A stretch of 64,000 nt of DNA from Eledone cirrhosa (lineage: Eukaryota): assembly GCA_964016885.1 (NCBI GenBank), contig OZ024760.1:30628001-30692000 (forward strand). Reading direction: 5' to 3'. Below, in pieces: positions 13,601-28,980 of this stretch. Both the position numbers and the translations under genes were made by a program. Positions within the stretch are counted from its first letter, which is position 1; every line of letters starts with the position of its first letter. The notes under the pieces were generated by a model that was given only the letters and a program-made list of their open reading frames with translations, had not been told where the DNA came from and searched no databases.

Positions 13601-16600
13601 TAATGTAATGTAATGTAATGTAATGTAATGTGTAATGTAATGTAATGTAATGTAATGTGAAATATAATGTAATGTAATGTAATGTAATGTAATGTGTAAC
13701 GTAATGTAATGTGTAATGTAATGTAATGTAATGTAATGTAATGTAATGTGTAATGTAATTTAATGTAATGTAATGTGTAATGTAATGTAATGTAATGTAA
13801 TGTAATGTAATGTAATATAATGTAATGTAATGTGTAATGTAATGTAATGTAATGTAATGTGTAATGTAATGTAATGTAATGTAATGTAATGTGTAATGTA
13901 ATGTAATGTAACGTAATGTAATGTGTAATGTCATGTCATGTAATGTAATGTAATGTGTAATGTAATGTAATGTAATGTAATATGTAATGTAAGGTAACGT
14001 AATGTAATGTAATGTAATGTAATGTAATGTAATGTGTAATGTAATGTAATGTAATGTAATGTGTAATTTAATGTAATGTAATGAAATGTAATGTAACGTA
14101 ATGTTTAATGTAATGTAATGTAATGTGTAATGTGTAATGTAATGTAATGTAATGTAATGTAATGTGTAATGTAATGTAATGTAATGTAATGTAATGTATG
14201 GTAATGTAATGTAATGTAATGTGTAATGTAATGTAATGTAATGTAATGTAATGTAATGTAATGTAATGTAAGTAATGTACTGTGTAATGTCATGTAATGT
14301 AATATGAAGTGTAATGTAATGTAATGTAATGTAAAGTAATGTAACGTGTAATGTAACGTAATGTAATGTAATCTAACGTGTAATGTAATGTAATGTAATG
14401 TAATGTAATGTAATGTAATGTGTAAAGTAATATAATGTAATATAATGTAACGTGTAATGTAATGTAATGTAATGTAATGTAATGTAATGTAATGTAATGT
14501 AATGTAATGTAATGTAATGTAATGTGTAATGTAATGTGTAATGTAATGTAATGTACTGTGTAATGTCATGTAATGTAATATGAAGTGTAATGTAATGTAA
14601 TGTAATGTAATGTAACGTGAATATGTAACGTAATGTAATGTAATGTAATGTAATGTAATGTAATGTAATGTAATGTAATGTAATGTAATGTCTAGTGTAA
14701 TGTAACGTAATGTAATGTAATGTGTAATGTAATGTAATGTAATGTAATGTGTAATGTAATGTGTAATGTAATGTAATGTAATGTAATGTAATGTAATGTA
14801 ATGTAATGTAATGTGTAATGTAATGTGTAATGTAATGTAATGTAACGTAATGTAATGTAATGTAACGTAATGTAATGTAATGTGTAATATAATGTAATGT
14901 AATGTAATTTAATGTAATGTAATGTGTAATGTAATGTAATGTGTAATGTAATGTAATGTATAATGTAATGTAATGTAATGTAATGTAACGTAATGTAATG
15001 TAATGTAATGTAATGTAATGTAATGTAATGTAATGTAATATAATGTAATGTAATATAATGTAATGTAATGTGTAATGTAATGTAATGTAATGCAATGTAA
15101 TGTAATATAATGTGTAATGTAATGTAATGTAATGTAATGTGTCATGTAATGTAATGTAATGTGTAATGTAATGTAATGTAATGTAATGTGTAATGTAAGG
15201 TAACGTAATGTAATGTAATGTAATGTGTAATGTAATGTAATGTAAAGTAATGTGTAATGTAATGTAATGTAATGTAATGTGTAATGTAATGTAATGTAAC
15301 GTAATGTAATGTAATGTAATGTGTAATGTAATGTAATGTAATGTAATGTAATGTAATGTAATGTAATGTGTAATGTAATGTAATGTAATGTAATGTAACG
15401 TAATGTAATGTAATGTAATGTAATGTAATGTAACGTGTAATGTAATGTAATGTAATGTAATGTAATGAGTAAGGTAATGTGTAATGTAATGTAATGTAAT
15501 GTAATGTAATGTGTAATGTAATGTAATGTAATGTAATGTAATGTGTAATGTAATGTAATGTAATGTAATGTAATGTGTAATGTAATGTAATGTAATGTAA
15601 TGTAATGTAATGTGTAATGTAATGTAATGTAATGTAATGTGTAATGTAATGTAATGTAATGTAATGTGTAATGTCATGTAATGTAATGTAATGTGTAATG
15701 TAATGTAATGTAATGTCATGTAATGTAATGTGTAATGTAAGGTAATGTAATGTAATGCAATGTAATGTAATGTGTAATGTAATGTAATGTAATGTGTAAT
15801 TTCACTTAATGTCATGTAATGTAATGTAATGTAATGTGTAATGTCATGTAATGTAATGTAATGTGTAATGTAATGTAATGTAATGTCATGTAATGTAATG
15901 TGTAATGTAATGTAATGTAATGTAATGTAATATAATCTAATGTAATGTAATCTAATGTGTAAAGTAATGTAATGTAATATAATGAGTAATGTAATGTAAT
16001 GTAATGTAATGTAATGTAATGTAATGTGTAACGTAACGTAATGTAATGTGTAATGTGTAATGTGTAATGTAATGTAATGTAATGTAATGTAATGTGTAAT
16101 GTAATGTAATGTAACGTAATGTAATGTAATGTAATGTGTAATGTAATGTAATATAATGTAAAGTGTAACGTAATGTAATGTAATGTAATGTGTAATGTAA
16201 TGTAATGTAATGTAATGTAATATAATGTAATGTAATGTAATGTAATGTAATATAATGTAATGTAATGTAATGTAGTGTAATATAATGTAATATAATGTAA
16301 TGTGTAATGTAATGTAATGTAATGTAATGTGTAATGTCATGTAATGTAATGTGTAATGTAAGGTAACGTAATGTAATGTAATGTAATGTGTAATTTAATG
16401 TAATGTAATGTAACGTAATGTGTAATGTAATGTAATGTAATGTAATGTAATGTGTAATGTAATGTAATGTAATGTGTAATGGAATGTAATGTACTGTAAT
16501 GTGTAATGGAATGTAATGTAATGTAATGTAATGTAATGTGTAATGTAATGTAATGTAATGTAATGTAATGTAATGTAATGTGTAATGTAATGTAATGTAA

Positions 16601-17130
16601 TGTAATATAATATAATATAATATAATATAATATAATATAATATAACATAATATAATATAATATAATATGTAATGTAATGTAATGTAATGTAATGTGTAAT
16701 GTAATGTAATGTAATGTAATGTAATGTAATGTGTAATGTAATGTAATGTAATGTAATGTGTAATGTAATGTAACGTAATGTAATGTAATGTAATGTAATG
16801 TAATGTAATGTAATGTGTAATGTAATGTAATTTAATGTTATGTAATGTAATGTAATGTAATGTAATGTAATGTAATGTAATGTAATGTAATGTAATGTAA
16901 TGTGTAATGTAACGTAATGTAATGTGTAATGTAATGTAATGTGTAATTTAATGTAATGTAATGTGTAATGTAATGTAATGTAATGTGTAATGTAATGTAA
17001 TGTAATGTAATGTAATGTGTAATATAATGTAATGTAACGTAATGTTTAATGTAATGTAATGTAATATAATGTGTAATATAATGTAATGTAACGTAATGTT
17101 TAATGTAATGTAATGTGTAATGTACTGTAA

Positions 17131-17315
17131 TTTTTTCTACTTTAGGCACAAGGCCAGCAATTACCCAGTGCATTACTGGTACTTTATTTTATCGACCCCG
17201 TAAGGATGAAAGGCAAAGTCAACCTCGGCGGGATTTGAACTCAGATCGTAAAGGGACATAACTATGCTGCAAAGCATGGCGTCCGACCCTCTACCAATAC
17301 TGCCAATCCACCGCC
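17131..17315 (-). mobile_element. SINE-like element, full length, subtype A
   Basis: Near-identical to 8601-8785; private variant atgctgcaaagc. Confidence 0.88.
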
Positions 17316-19128
17316 AATGTGTAATGTAATGTAATGTAATGTAATGTAATGTAATGTAATGTAATGTAATGTAATGTAATGTAATGTAATGTAATGTAAT
17401 GTAATGTAATGTAATGTAATGTATAATGTAATGTAATGTAACGTAATGTGTAATGTAATGTAATGTAATGTAATATAATGTAATGTAATGTAATGTAATG
17501 TCAAGTAATGTAATGTAATGTAATGTAATGTAATGTGTAATGTAATGTAATGTAATGTAGTGTAATGTAATGTGTAATGTCATGTAATGTAATGTAATGT
17601 GTAATGTAATGTAATGTAATGTGTAATGTAAGGTAACGTAATGTAATGTAATGTAATGTGTAATGTAATGTAATGTAATGTAATGTGTAATTTAATGTAA
17701 TGTAATGTAATGTAATGTAATGTAATGTGTAATGTAATGTAATGTAATGTAATGTAATGTAATGTAATGTGTAATGTGTAATGTAATGTAATGTAATGTA
17801 ACGTAATGTAATGTGTAATGTAACGTAATGTAATGTAATGTAATGTAATGTATGGTAATGTAACATAATGTAATGTGTAATGAAATGTAATGTAATGTAA
17901 TGTAATGTAATGTAATCTAATGTAATGTAATGTAATGTAATGTAATGTAATGTAATGTGTAATGTAATGTAATGTAATGTAATGTAATGTAATGTAATGT
18001 AATGTGTAATGTAATGTAATGTAATATAATATAATATAATATAATATAATATAATATAATATAATATAATATAATATAATATAATATAACATAACATAAT
18101 ATAATATGTAATGTAATGTAATGTAATGTAATGTAAAGTGTAATGTAATGTAATGTAATGTAATGTAATGTAATGTGTAATGTAATGTAATGTAATGTAA
18201 TGTGTAATGTAATGTAATGTAATGTAATGTAATGTAATGTAATGTAATGTGTAATGTAATGTAATGTAATGTAACGTAATGTAATGTAACGTAATGTGTA
18301 ATGTAATGTAATGTAATGTGTAATGTAATGTAATGTAATGTAATGTAATGGAATGTAATGTAATGTGTAATATAATGTAATGTAATGTGTAATGTAATGT
18401 AATGTAATGTATAATGTAATGTAATGTAATGTAATGTGTAATGTCATGTAATGTAATGTGTAATGTAATGTAATGTAATGTAATGTAATGTAATGTAATG
18501 TAATGTATAATGTAAGGTAACGTAATGTAATGTAACGTAATGTAATGTGTAATATAACGTAATGTAATGTAATGTGTAATGTAATGTAATGTAATGTAGT
18601 GTAATGTAATGTAATGTGTATTGTAATGTAATGTAATGTAATGTAATGTAATGTAATGCAATGTGTAAGGTGTAATGTAATGTAATGTAATGTAATGTAA
18701 TGTAATATAATGTAATGTGTAATGTAATGTGTAATGTAATGTAATGTAATGTGTAATGTAATGTAATGTAATGTAATGTAATGCAATGTAATGTAATGTA
18801 ATGTGTAATGTAATGTAATGTAATGTGTAATGTAATGTAATATAATATAATATAATATAATATAATATAATATAATATAATATAACATAATATAATATGT
18901 AATGTAATGTAATGTAATGTAATGTAATGTAATGTAATGTAACGTAATGTAATGTGTAATGTAACGTAATGTATAATGTAATGTAATGTAATGTAAAGTA
19001 ATGTAATGTGTAACCTAATGTAATGTAATGTAATATAATGTAATGTAATGTAATGTAATGTAATGTAATGTAATGTAATGTGTAATGTGTAATGTAATGT
19101 AATGTAATGTAATGTAATGTAATGTGTA

Positions 19129-19206
19129 ATTACTGGTACTTTATTTTATCGACCCCGTAAGGATGAAAGGCAAAGTCAACCTCGGCGGGATTTGAACTCA
19201 GATCGT
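19129..19206 (-). mobile_element. 78-bp internal SINE fragment
   Basis: Same breakpoints as 10589-10666. Confidence 0.88.
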
Positions 19207-20779
19207 GTAATGTGTAATGTGTAATGTGTAATGTAATGTAATGTAATGTAATGTAACGTAATGTAATGTGTAATGTAATGTAATGTAATATAATGTAATG
19301 TAATGTAATGTAATGTAACGTAATGTAATGTGTAATGTAATGTAATGTAATGTAATGTGTAATGTAATGTAATGTAATGTGTAATGTGTAATGAGTAATG
19401 TAATGTAATGTAATGTAATGTGTAATGTAATGTAATGTATAATGTAATGTAATGTAATGTAATATAATGTAATGTAATGTAATGTAATGTAATGTAATGT
19501 GTAATGTAATGTAATGTAATATAATGTGTAAGTTAATGTAATGTAATGTAATGTAATGTAATGTAATGTAATGTAATGTAATGTGTAATGTAATGTAATG
19601 TAATGTAATGTAATGTAATGTAATGTGTAACGTAATGTGTAATGTAATGTCATGTAATGTAATGTGTAATGTAATGTAATGTAATGTAATGTAATGTAAT
19701 GTAATGTAATGTGTAATGTAATGTAATGTAATGTAATGTAATGTGTAATGTAATGTAATGTAATGTAATGTCATGTAATGTAATGTAATGTGTAATGTAA
19801 TGTAATGTAATGTAATGTAATGTAATGTGTAATGTAAGGTGATGTAATGTAATGTAATGCAATGTAATGTAATGTGTAATGTAATGTAATGTAATGTAAT
19901 CTAATGTAATGTAATGTATTGTAATGTAATGTAATGTAATGTAATGTAATGTAATGTAATGTAATGTAATGTAATGTAATGTAACGTGTAATGTAATGTA
20001 ATGTAATGTAATATGTAATTTCATGTAATTTAATGTAATGTAATGTAATGTAATGTAATGTGTAATGTGTAATGTAATGTAATGTAATGTAATGTAATGT
20101 AATGTGTAATGTAATGTGTAATGTAATGTAATGTAATGTAACGTTTAATGTAACGCAATGTAATGTAATGTAATGTGTAATGTAATGTAATGTAATGTAA
20201 GGTAATGTAATGTAACGTAATGTAATGTCTAATGTAATGTAATGTAATGTAATATAATGTGTAATGTAATGTAATGTGATGTAATGTAATGTGTAATGTA
20301 ATGTGTAATGTAATGTAATGTAACGTAATGTAATGTAATGTAATGTGTAATGTAATGTGTAATGTAATGTAATGTAACGTAATGTAATGTAATGTGTAAT
20401 GTAATGTAATGTAATGTAATGTAATGTAATGTAATGTAATGTAATGTAATGTAATGTAATGTAATGTAATGTAATGTAATGTAATGTAATGTAATGTAAT
20501 GTGTAATGTAATGTGTAATGTAATGTAATGTATAATGTAATGTAATGTAATGTAATGTAATGTAATGTAATGTAATGTAATGTGTAACGTAATGTAATGT
20601 AATGTAATGTAATGTAATGTGTAATGTAACGTAATGTAATGTAATGTAATGTAATGTAATGTAATGTGTAATATAATGTAATGTAACGTAATGTTTAATG
20701 TAATGTAATGTAATGTAATGTGTAATATAATGTAATGTAACGTAATGTTTAATGTAATGTAATGTGTAATGTACTGTAA

Positions 20780-20964
20780 TTTTTTCTACTTTAGGCACAA
20801 GGCCAGCAATTACCCAGTGCATTACTGGTACTTTATTTTATCGACCCCGTAAGGATGAAAGGCAAAGTCAACCTCGGCGGGATTTGAACTCAGATCGTAA
20901 AGGGACATAACTATGCTGGAAAGCATGGCGTCCGACCCTCTACCAATACTGCCAATCCACCGCC
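20780..20964 (-). mobile_element. SINE-like element, full length, subtype A
   Basis: ttttttctactttaggcac...ccaatccaccgcc, 185 bp. Confidence 0.88.
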
Positions 20965-22705
20965 AATGTGTAATGTAATGTAATGTAATGTAATGTAATG
21001 TAATGTAATGTAATGTAATGTAATGTAATGTAATGTAATGTAATGTAATGTAATGTAATGTAATGTATAATGTAATGTAATGTAACGTAATGTGTAATGT
21101 AATGTAATGTAATGTAATATAATGTAATGTAATGTAATGTAATGTCAAGTAATGTAATGTAATGTAATGTAATGTAATGTGTAATGTAATGTAATGTAAT
21201 GTAGTGTAATGTAATGTGTAATGTCATGTAATGTAATGTAATGTGTAATGTAATGTAATGTAATGTGTAATGTAAGGTAACGTAATGTAATGTAATGTAA
21301 TGTGTAATGTAATGTAATGTAATGTAATGTGTAATTTAATGTAATGTAATGTAATGTAATGTAATGTAATGTGTAATGTAATGTAATGTAATGTAATGTA
21401 ATGTAATGTAATGTGTAATGTGTAATGTAATGTAATGTAATGTAACGTAATGTAATGTGTAATGTAACGTAATGTAATGTAATGTAATGTAATGTAATGT
21501 ATGGTAATGTAACATAATGTAATGTGTAATGAAATGTAATGTAATGTAATGTAATGTAATGTAATCTAATGTAATGTAATGTAATGTAATGTAATGTAAT
21601 GTGTAATGTAATGTAATGTAATGTAATGTAATGTAATGTAATGTAATGTGTAATGTAATGTAATGTAATATAATATAATATAATATAATATAATATAATA
21701 TAATATAATATAATATAATATAATATAACATAACATAATATAATATGTAATGTAATGTAATGTAATGTAATGTAAAGTGTAATGTAATGTAATGTAATGT
21801 GTAATGTAATGTAATGTAATGTAATGTAATGTAATGTAATGTAATGTGTAATGTAATGTAATGTAATGTAACGTAATGTAATGTAACGTAATGTGTAATG
21901 TAATGTAATGTAATGTGTAATGTAATGTAATGTAATGTAATGTAATGGAATGTAATGTAATGTGTAATATAATGTAATGTAATGTGTAATGTAATGTAAT
22001 GTAATGTATAATGTAATGTAATGTAATGTAATGTGTAATGTCATGTAATGTAATGTGTAATGTAATGTAATGTAATGTAATGTAATGTAATGTAATGTAT
22101 AATGTAAGGTAACGTAATGTAATGTAACGTAATGTAATGTGTAATATAACGTAATGTAATGTAATGTGTAATGTAATGTAATGTAATGTAGTGTAATGTA
22201 ATGTAATGTGTATTGTAATGTAATGTAATGTAATGTAATGTAATGTAATGCAATGTGTAAGGTGTAATGTAATGTAATGTAATGTAATATAATGTAATGT
22301 GTAATGTAATGTGTAATGTAATGTAATGTAATGTGTAATGTAATGTAATGTAATGTAATGTAATGCAATGTAATGTAATGTAATGTGTAATGTAATGTAA
22401 TGTAATGTGTAATGTAATGTAATATAATATAATATAATATATTATAATATAATATAATATAATATAATATAACATAATATAATATGTAATGTAATGTAAT
22501 GTAATGTAATGTAATGTAATGTAACGTAATGTAATGTGTAATGTAACGTAATGTATAATGTAATGTAATGTAATGTAAAGTAATGTAATGTGTAACCTAA
22601 TGTAATGTAATGTAATATAATGTAATGTAATGTAATGTAATGTAATGTAATGTAATGTGTAATGTGTAATGTAATGTAATGTAATGTAATGTAATGTAAT
22701 GTGTA

Positions 22706-22783
22706 ATTACTGGTACTTTATTTTATCGACCCCGTAAGGATGAAAGGCAAAGTCAACCTCGGCGGGATTTGAACTCAGATCGT
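22706..22783 (-). mobile_element. 78-bp internal SINE fragment
   Basis: Same breakpoints as 10589-10666 and 19129-19206. Confidence 0.88.
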
Positions 22784-23809
22784 GTAATGTGTAATGTGTA
22801 ATGTGTAATGTAATGTAATGTAATGTAATGTAATGTAACGTAATGTAATGTGTAATGTAATGTAATGTAATATAATGTAATGTAATGTAATGTAATGTAA
22901 CGTAATGTAATGTGTAATGTAATGTAATGTAATGTAATGTGTAATGTAATGTAATGTAATGTGTAATGTGTAATGAGTAATGTAATGTAATGTAATGTAA
23001 TGTGTAATGTAATGTAATGTATAATGTAATGTAATGTAATGTAATATAATGTAATGTAATGTAATGTAATGTAATGTAATGTAATGTGTAATGTAATGTA
23101 ATGTAATATAATGTGTAAGTTAATGTAATGTAATGTAATGTAATGTAATGTAATGTAATGTAATGTAATGTGTAATGTAATGTAATGTAATGTAATGTAA
23201 TGTAATGTAATGTGTAACGTAATGTGTAATGTAATGTCATGTAATGTAATGTGTAATGTAATGTAATGTAATGTAATGTAATGTAATATAATGTAATGTA
23301 ATGTGTAATGTAATGTAATGTAATGTAATGTAATGTGTAATGTAATGTAATGTAATGTAATGTCATGTAATGTAATGTAATGTGTAATGTAATGTAATGT
23401 AATGTAATGTAATGTAATGTGTAATGTAAGGTGATGTAATGTAATGTAATGCAATGTAATGTAATGTGTAATGTAATGTAATGTAATGTAATCTAATGTA
23501 ATGTAATGTATTGTAATGTAATGTAATGTAATGTAATGTAATGTAATGTAATGTAATGTAATGTAATGTAATGTAACGTGTAATGTAATGTAATGTAATG
23601 TAATATGTAATTTCATGTAATTTAATGTAATGTAATGTAATGTAATGTAATGTGTAATGTGTAATGTAATGTAATGTAATGTAATGTAATGTAATGTGTA
23701 ATGTAATGTGTAATGTAATGTAATGTAATGTAACGTTTAATGTAACGCAATGTAATGTAATGTAATGTGTAATGTAATGTAATGTAATGTAATGTAATGT
23801 AATGTAACG

Positions 23810-26800
23810 TAATGTAATGTCTAATGTAATGTAATGTAATGTAATATAATGTGTAATGTAATGTAATGTGATGTAATGTAATGTGTAATGTAATGTGTAA
23901 TGTAATGTAATGTAACGTAATGTAATGTAATGTAATGTGTAATGTAATGTGTAATGTAATGTAATGTAACGTAATGTAATGTAATGTGTAATGTAATGTT
24001 ATGTAATGTAATGTAATGTAATGTAATGTAATGTAATGTAATGTAATGTAATGTAATGTAATGTAATGTAATGTAATGTAATGTAATGTAATGTAATGTG
24101 TAATGTAATGTGTAATGTAATGTAATGTATAATGTAATGTAATGTAATGTAATGTAATGTAATGTAATGTAATGTGTAACGTAATGTAATGTAATGTAAT
24201 GTAATGTAATGTGTAATGTAACGTAATGTAATGTAATGTAATGTAATGTAATGTAATGTAATGTAATGTAATGTAATGTAATGTAATGTGTAATGTGTTG
24301 TAATGTAACGTAATGTAATGTAATGTAATATGTAATGTAATGTAATGTAATGTGTAATGTAATGTGTAATGTAATGTAATGTAATGTAATGTAATGTAAT
24401 GTAATGTAATGTAATGTAATGTAATGTGTAATGTAATGTAATGTGTAATGTAATGTAATGTATAATGTAATGTAATGTAATGTAATGTAATGTAATGTAA
24501 TGTGTAACGTAATGTAATGTAATGTAATGTAATGTAATGTGTAATGTAACGTAATGTAATGTAATGTAATGTAATGTAATGTGTAATGTAACGTAATGTA
24601 ATGTAATGTAATGTAATGTAATGTAATGTGTAATGTAATGTAATGTAATGTAATGTAATGTGTAATGTAACGTAATGTAATGTAATGTAATGTAATGTGT
24701 AATGTAATGTAATGTAATGTAATGTAATGTAATGTGTAATGTAATGTAATGTAATGTAATGTAATGTAATGTAATGTATGTGTAATGTAATGTAATGTAA
24801 TGTAATGTGTAATGTAATGTAATGTAATTTAATGTAATGTGTAATGTAATGTAATGTAATGTAATGTAATGTAATGTAATGTGTAATGTAATTTAATGTA
24901 ATGTAATGTATAATGTAATGTAATGTAATATAATGTGTAATGTAATGTAATGTAATGTAATGTAATGTAATGTAATGTAATGTAATGTAACGTATAATGT
25001 AAGGTAACGTAATGTAATGTAACGTAATGTAATGTGTAATATAATGTAATGTAATGTAATGTGTAATGTAACGTAATGTAATGTAATGTAATGTGTATTG
25101 TAATGTAATGTAATGTAATGTAATGTAATGTAATGTAATGTGTAAGGTGTAATGTAATGTAATGTAATGTAATATAATGTAATGTGTAATGTAATGTAAT
25201 GTAATGTGTAATGTAATGTAATGTAATGTGTAATGTAATGTAATGTAATGTAATGTGAAATGTAATGTAATGTAATGTAATGTAATGTAATGTGTATTGT
25301 AATGTAATGTGTAATGTAATGTAATGTAATGTAATGTAATGTAATGTAATGTGTAATGTAATGTAATGTAATGTAATGTGTAATGTAATGTAATGTAATG
25401 TAATGTAATATAATGTAATGTAATGTGTAATGTAATGTAATGTAATGTAATGTGTAATGTAATGTAATGTAATGTAATGTAATGTGTAATGTAATGTAAT
25501 GTAATGTAATGTAATGTGTAATGTCATGTCATGTAATGTAATGTAATGTGTAATGTAATGTAATGTAATATGTAATGTAAGGTAACGTAATGTAATGTAA
25601 TGTAATGTAATGTAATGTGTAATGTAATGTAATGTAATGTAATGTGTAATTTAATGTAATGTAATGAAATGTAATGTAACGTAATGTGTAATGTAATGTA
25701 ATATAATGTAATGTAATGTGTAATGTAATGTAATGTAATGTAATGTAATGTATGGTAATGTAATGTAATGTAATGTGTAATGTAATGTAATGTAATGTAA
25801 TGTAATGTAATGTAATGTAATGTAATGTAAGTAATGTACTGTGTAATGTCATGTAATGTAATATGAAGTGTAATGTAATGTAATGTAATGTAAAGTAATG
25901 TAACGTGTAATGTAACGTAATGTAATGTAATCTAACGTGTAATGTAATGTAATGTAATGTAATGTAATGTAATGTGTAAAGTAATGTAATGTAATATAAT
26001 GTAACGTGTAATGTAATGTAATGTAATGTAATGTAATGTAATATAATGTAATGTAATGTAATGTGTAATGTAATGTAATGTGTAATGTAATGTAATGTAA
26101 CGTAATGTAATGTAATGTAACGTAATGTAATGTAATGTGTAATATAATGTAATGTAATGTAATTTAATGTAATGTAATGTGTAATGTAATGTAATGTGTA
26201 ATGTAATGTAATGTATAATGTAATGTAATGTAATGTAATGTAACGTAATGTAATGTAATGTAATGTAATGTAATGTAATGTAATTTAATGTGTAATGTAA
26301 TGTAATGTGATGTAATGTGTAATGTAATGTAATGTAATGTAATGTAATGTAATATAATGTAATGTAATATAATGTAATGTAATGTGTAATGTAATGTAAT
26401 GTAATGCAATGTAATGTAATATAATGTGTAACGTAATGTAATGTCTAATGTAATGTAATGTAATGTAATATAATGTGTAATGTAATGTAATGTGATGTAA
26501 TGTAATGTGTAATGTAATGTGTAATGTAATGTAATGTAACGTAATGTAATGTAATGTAATGTGTAATGTAATGTGTAATGTAATGTAATGTAACGTAATG
26601 TAATGTAATGTGTAATGTAATGTTATGTAATGTAATGTAATGTAATGTAATGTAATGTAATGTAATGTAATGTAATGTAATGTAATGTAATGTAATGTAA
26701 TGTGTAATGTAATGTGTAATGTAATGTAATGTATAATGTAATGTAATGTAATGTAATGTAATGTAATGTAATGTAATGTGTAACGTAATGTAATGTAATG

Positions 26801-28980
26801 TAATGTAATGTAATGTGTAATGTAACGTAATGTAATGTAATGTAATGTAATGTAATGTAATGTAATGTAATGTAATGTAATGTAATGTAATGTGTAATGT
26901 GTTGTAATGTAACGTAATGTAATGTAATGTAATATGTAATGTAATGTAATGTAATGTGTAATGTAATGTGTAATGTAATGTAATGTAATGTAATGTAATG
27001 TAATGTAATGTAATGTAATGTAATGTGTAATGTAATGTAATGTGTAATGTAATGTAATGTATAATGTAATGTAATGTAATGTAATGTAATGTAATGTAAT
27101 GTGTAACGTAATGTAATGTAATGTAATGTAATGTGTAATGTAACGTAATGTAATGTAATGTAATGTAATGTAATGTAATGTGTAATGTAATGTAATGTAA
27201 TGTAATGTAATGTGTAATGTAACGTAATGTAATGTAATGTAATGTAATGTGTAATGTAATGTAATGTAATGTAATGTAATGTAATGTGTAATGTAATGTA
27301 ATGTAATGTAATGTAATGTAATGTAATGTATGTGTAATGTAATGTAATGTAATGTAATGTGTAATGTAATGTAATGTAATTTAATGTAATGTGTAATGTA
27401 ATGTAATGTAATGTAATGTAATGTAATGTAATGTGTAATGTAATTTAATGTAATGTAATGTATAATGTAATGTAATGTAATATAATGTGTAATGTAATGT
27501 AATGTAATGTAATGTAATGTAATGTAATGTAATGTAATGTAACGTATAATGTAAGGTAACGTAATGTAATGTAACGTAATGTAATGTGTAATATAATGTA
27601 ATGTAATGTAATGTGTAATGTAACGTAATGTAATGTAATGTAATGTGTATTGTAATGTAATGTAATGTAATGTAATGTAATGTAATGTAATGTGTAAGGT
27701 GTAATGTAATGTAATGTAATGTAATATAATGTAATGTGTAATGTAATGTAATGTAATGTGTAATGTAATGTAATGTAATGTGTAATGTAATGTAATGTAA
27801 TGTAATGTGAAATGTAATGTAATGTAATGTAATGTAATGTAATGTGTATTGTAATGTAATGTGTAATGTAATGTAATGTAATGTAATGTAATGTAATGTA
27901 ATGTGTAATGTAATGTAATGTAATGTAATGTGTAATGTAATGTAATGTAATGTAATGTAATATAATGTAATGTAATGTGTAATGTAATGTAATGTAATGT
28001 AATGTGTAATGTAATGTAATGTAATGTAATGTAATGTGTAATGTAATGTAATGTAATGTAATGTAATGTGTAATGTCATGTCATGTAATGTAATGTAATG
28101 TGTAATGTAATGTAATGTAATATGTAATGTAAGGTAACGTAATGTAATGTAATGTAATGTAATGTAATGTGTAATGTAATGTAATGTAATGTAATGTGTA
28201 ATTTAATGTAATGTAATGAAATGTAATGTAACGTAATGTGTAATGTAATGTAATATAATGTAATGTAATGTGTAATGTAATGTAATGTAATGTAATGTAA
28301 TGTATGGTAATGTAATGTAATGTAATGTGTAATGTAATGTAATGTAATGTAATGTAATGTAATGTAATGTAATGTAATGTAAGTAATGTACTGTGTAATG
28401 TCATGTAATGTAATATGAAGTGTAATGTAATGTAATGTAATGTAAAGTAATGTAACGTGTAATGTAACGTAATGTAATGTAATCTAACGTGTAATGTAAT
28501 GTAATGTAATGTAATGTAATGTAATGTGTAAAGTAATGTAATGTAATATAATGTAACGTGTAATGTAATGTAATGTAATGTAATGTAATGTAATATAATG
28601 TAATGTAATGTAATGTGTAATGTAATGTAATGTGTAATGTAATGTAATGTAACGTAATGTAATGTAATGTAACGTAATGTAATGTAATGTGTAATATAAT
28701 GTAATGTAATGTAATTTAATGTAATGTAATGTGTAATGTAATGTAATGTGTAATGTAATGTAATGTATAATGTAATGTAATGTAATGTAATGTAACGTAA
28801 TGTAATGTAATGTAATGTAATGTAATGTAATGTAATTTAATGTGTAATGTAATGTAATGTGATGTAATGTGTAATGTAATGTAATGTAATGTAATGTAAT
28901 GTAATATAATGTAATGTAATATAATGTAATGTAATGTGTAATGTAATGTAATGTAATGCAATGTAATGTAATATAATGTG
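23810..28980. repeat. 2552-bp near-perfect tandem duplication (SINE-free)
   Basis: ORF pairs 24829/27381, 25529/28081 and 26164/28716 translate identically, all at offset 2552. Confidence 0.9.

Larger units (their letters stand above)
17000..24240. repeat. ~3.6 kb tandem higher-order duplication containing full SINE + 78-bp fragment
   Basis: SINE offset 3649 and fragment offset 3577. Shared rare words gtcaagt, gtaacct, gagtaat, gtaagtt and gtaaggtgat in the same order. Confidence 0.85.

Noticed and set aside
17173-17315. Non-repetitive peptide segments such as WRWIGSIGRGSDAML...DFAFHPYGVDKIKYQ and MHWVIAGLVPKVE
   Set aside because: These are incidental translations of the SINE in different frames. 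Copies differ by stops and truncations, and no recognisable protein motif is present.
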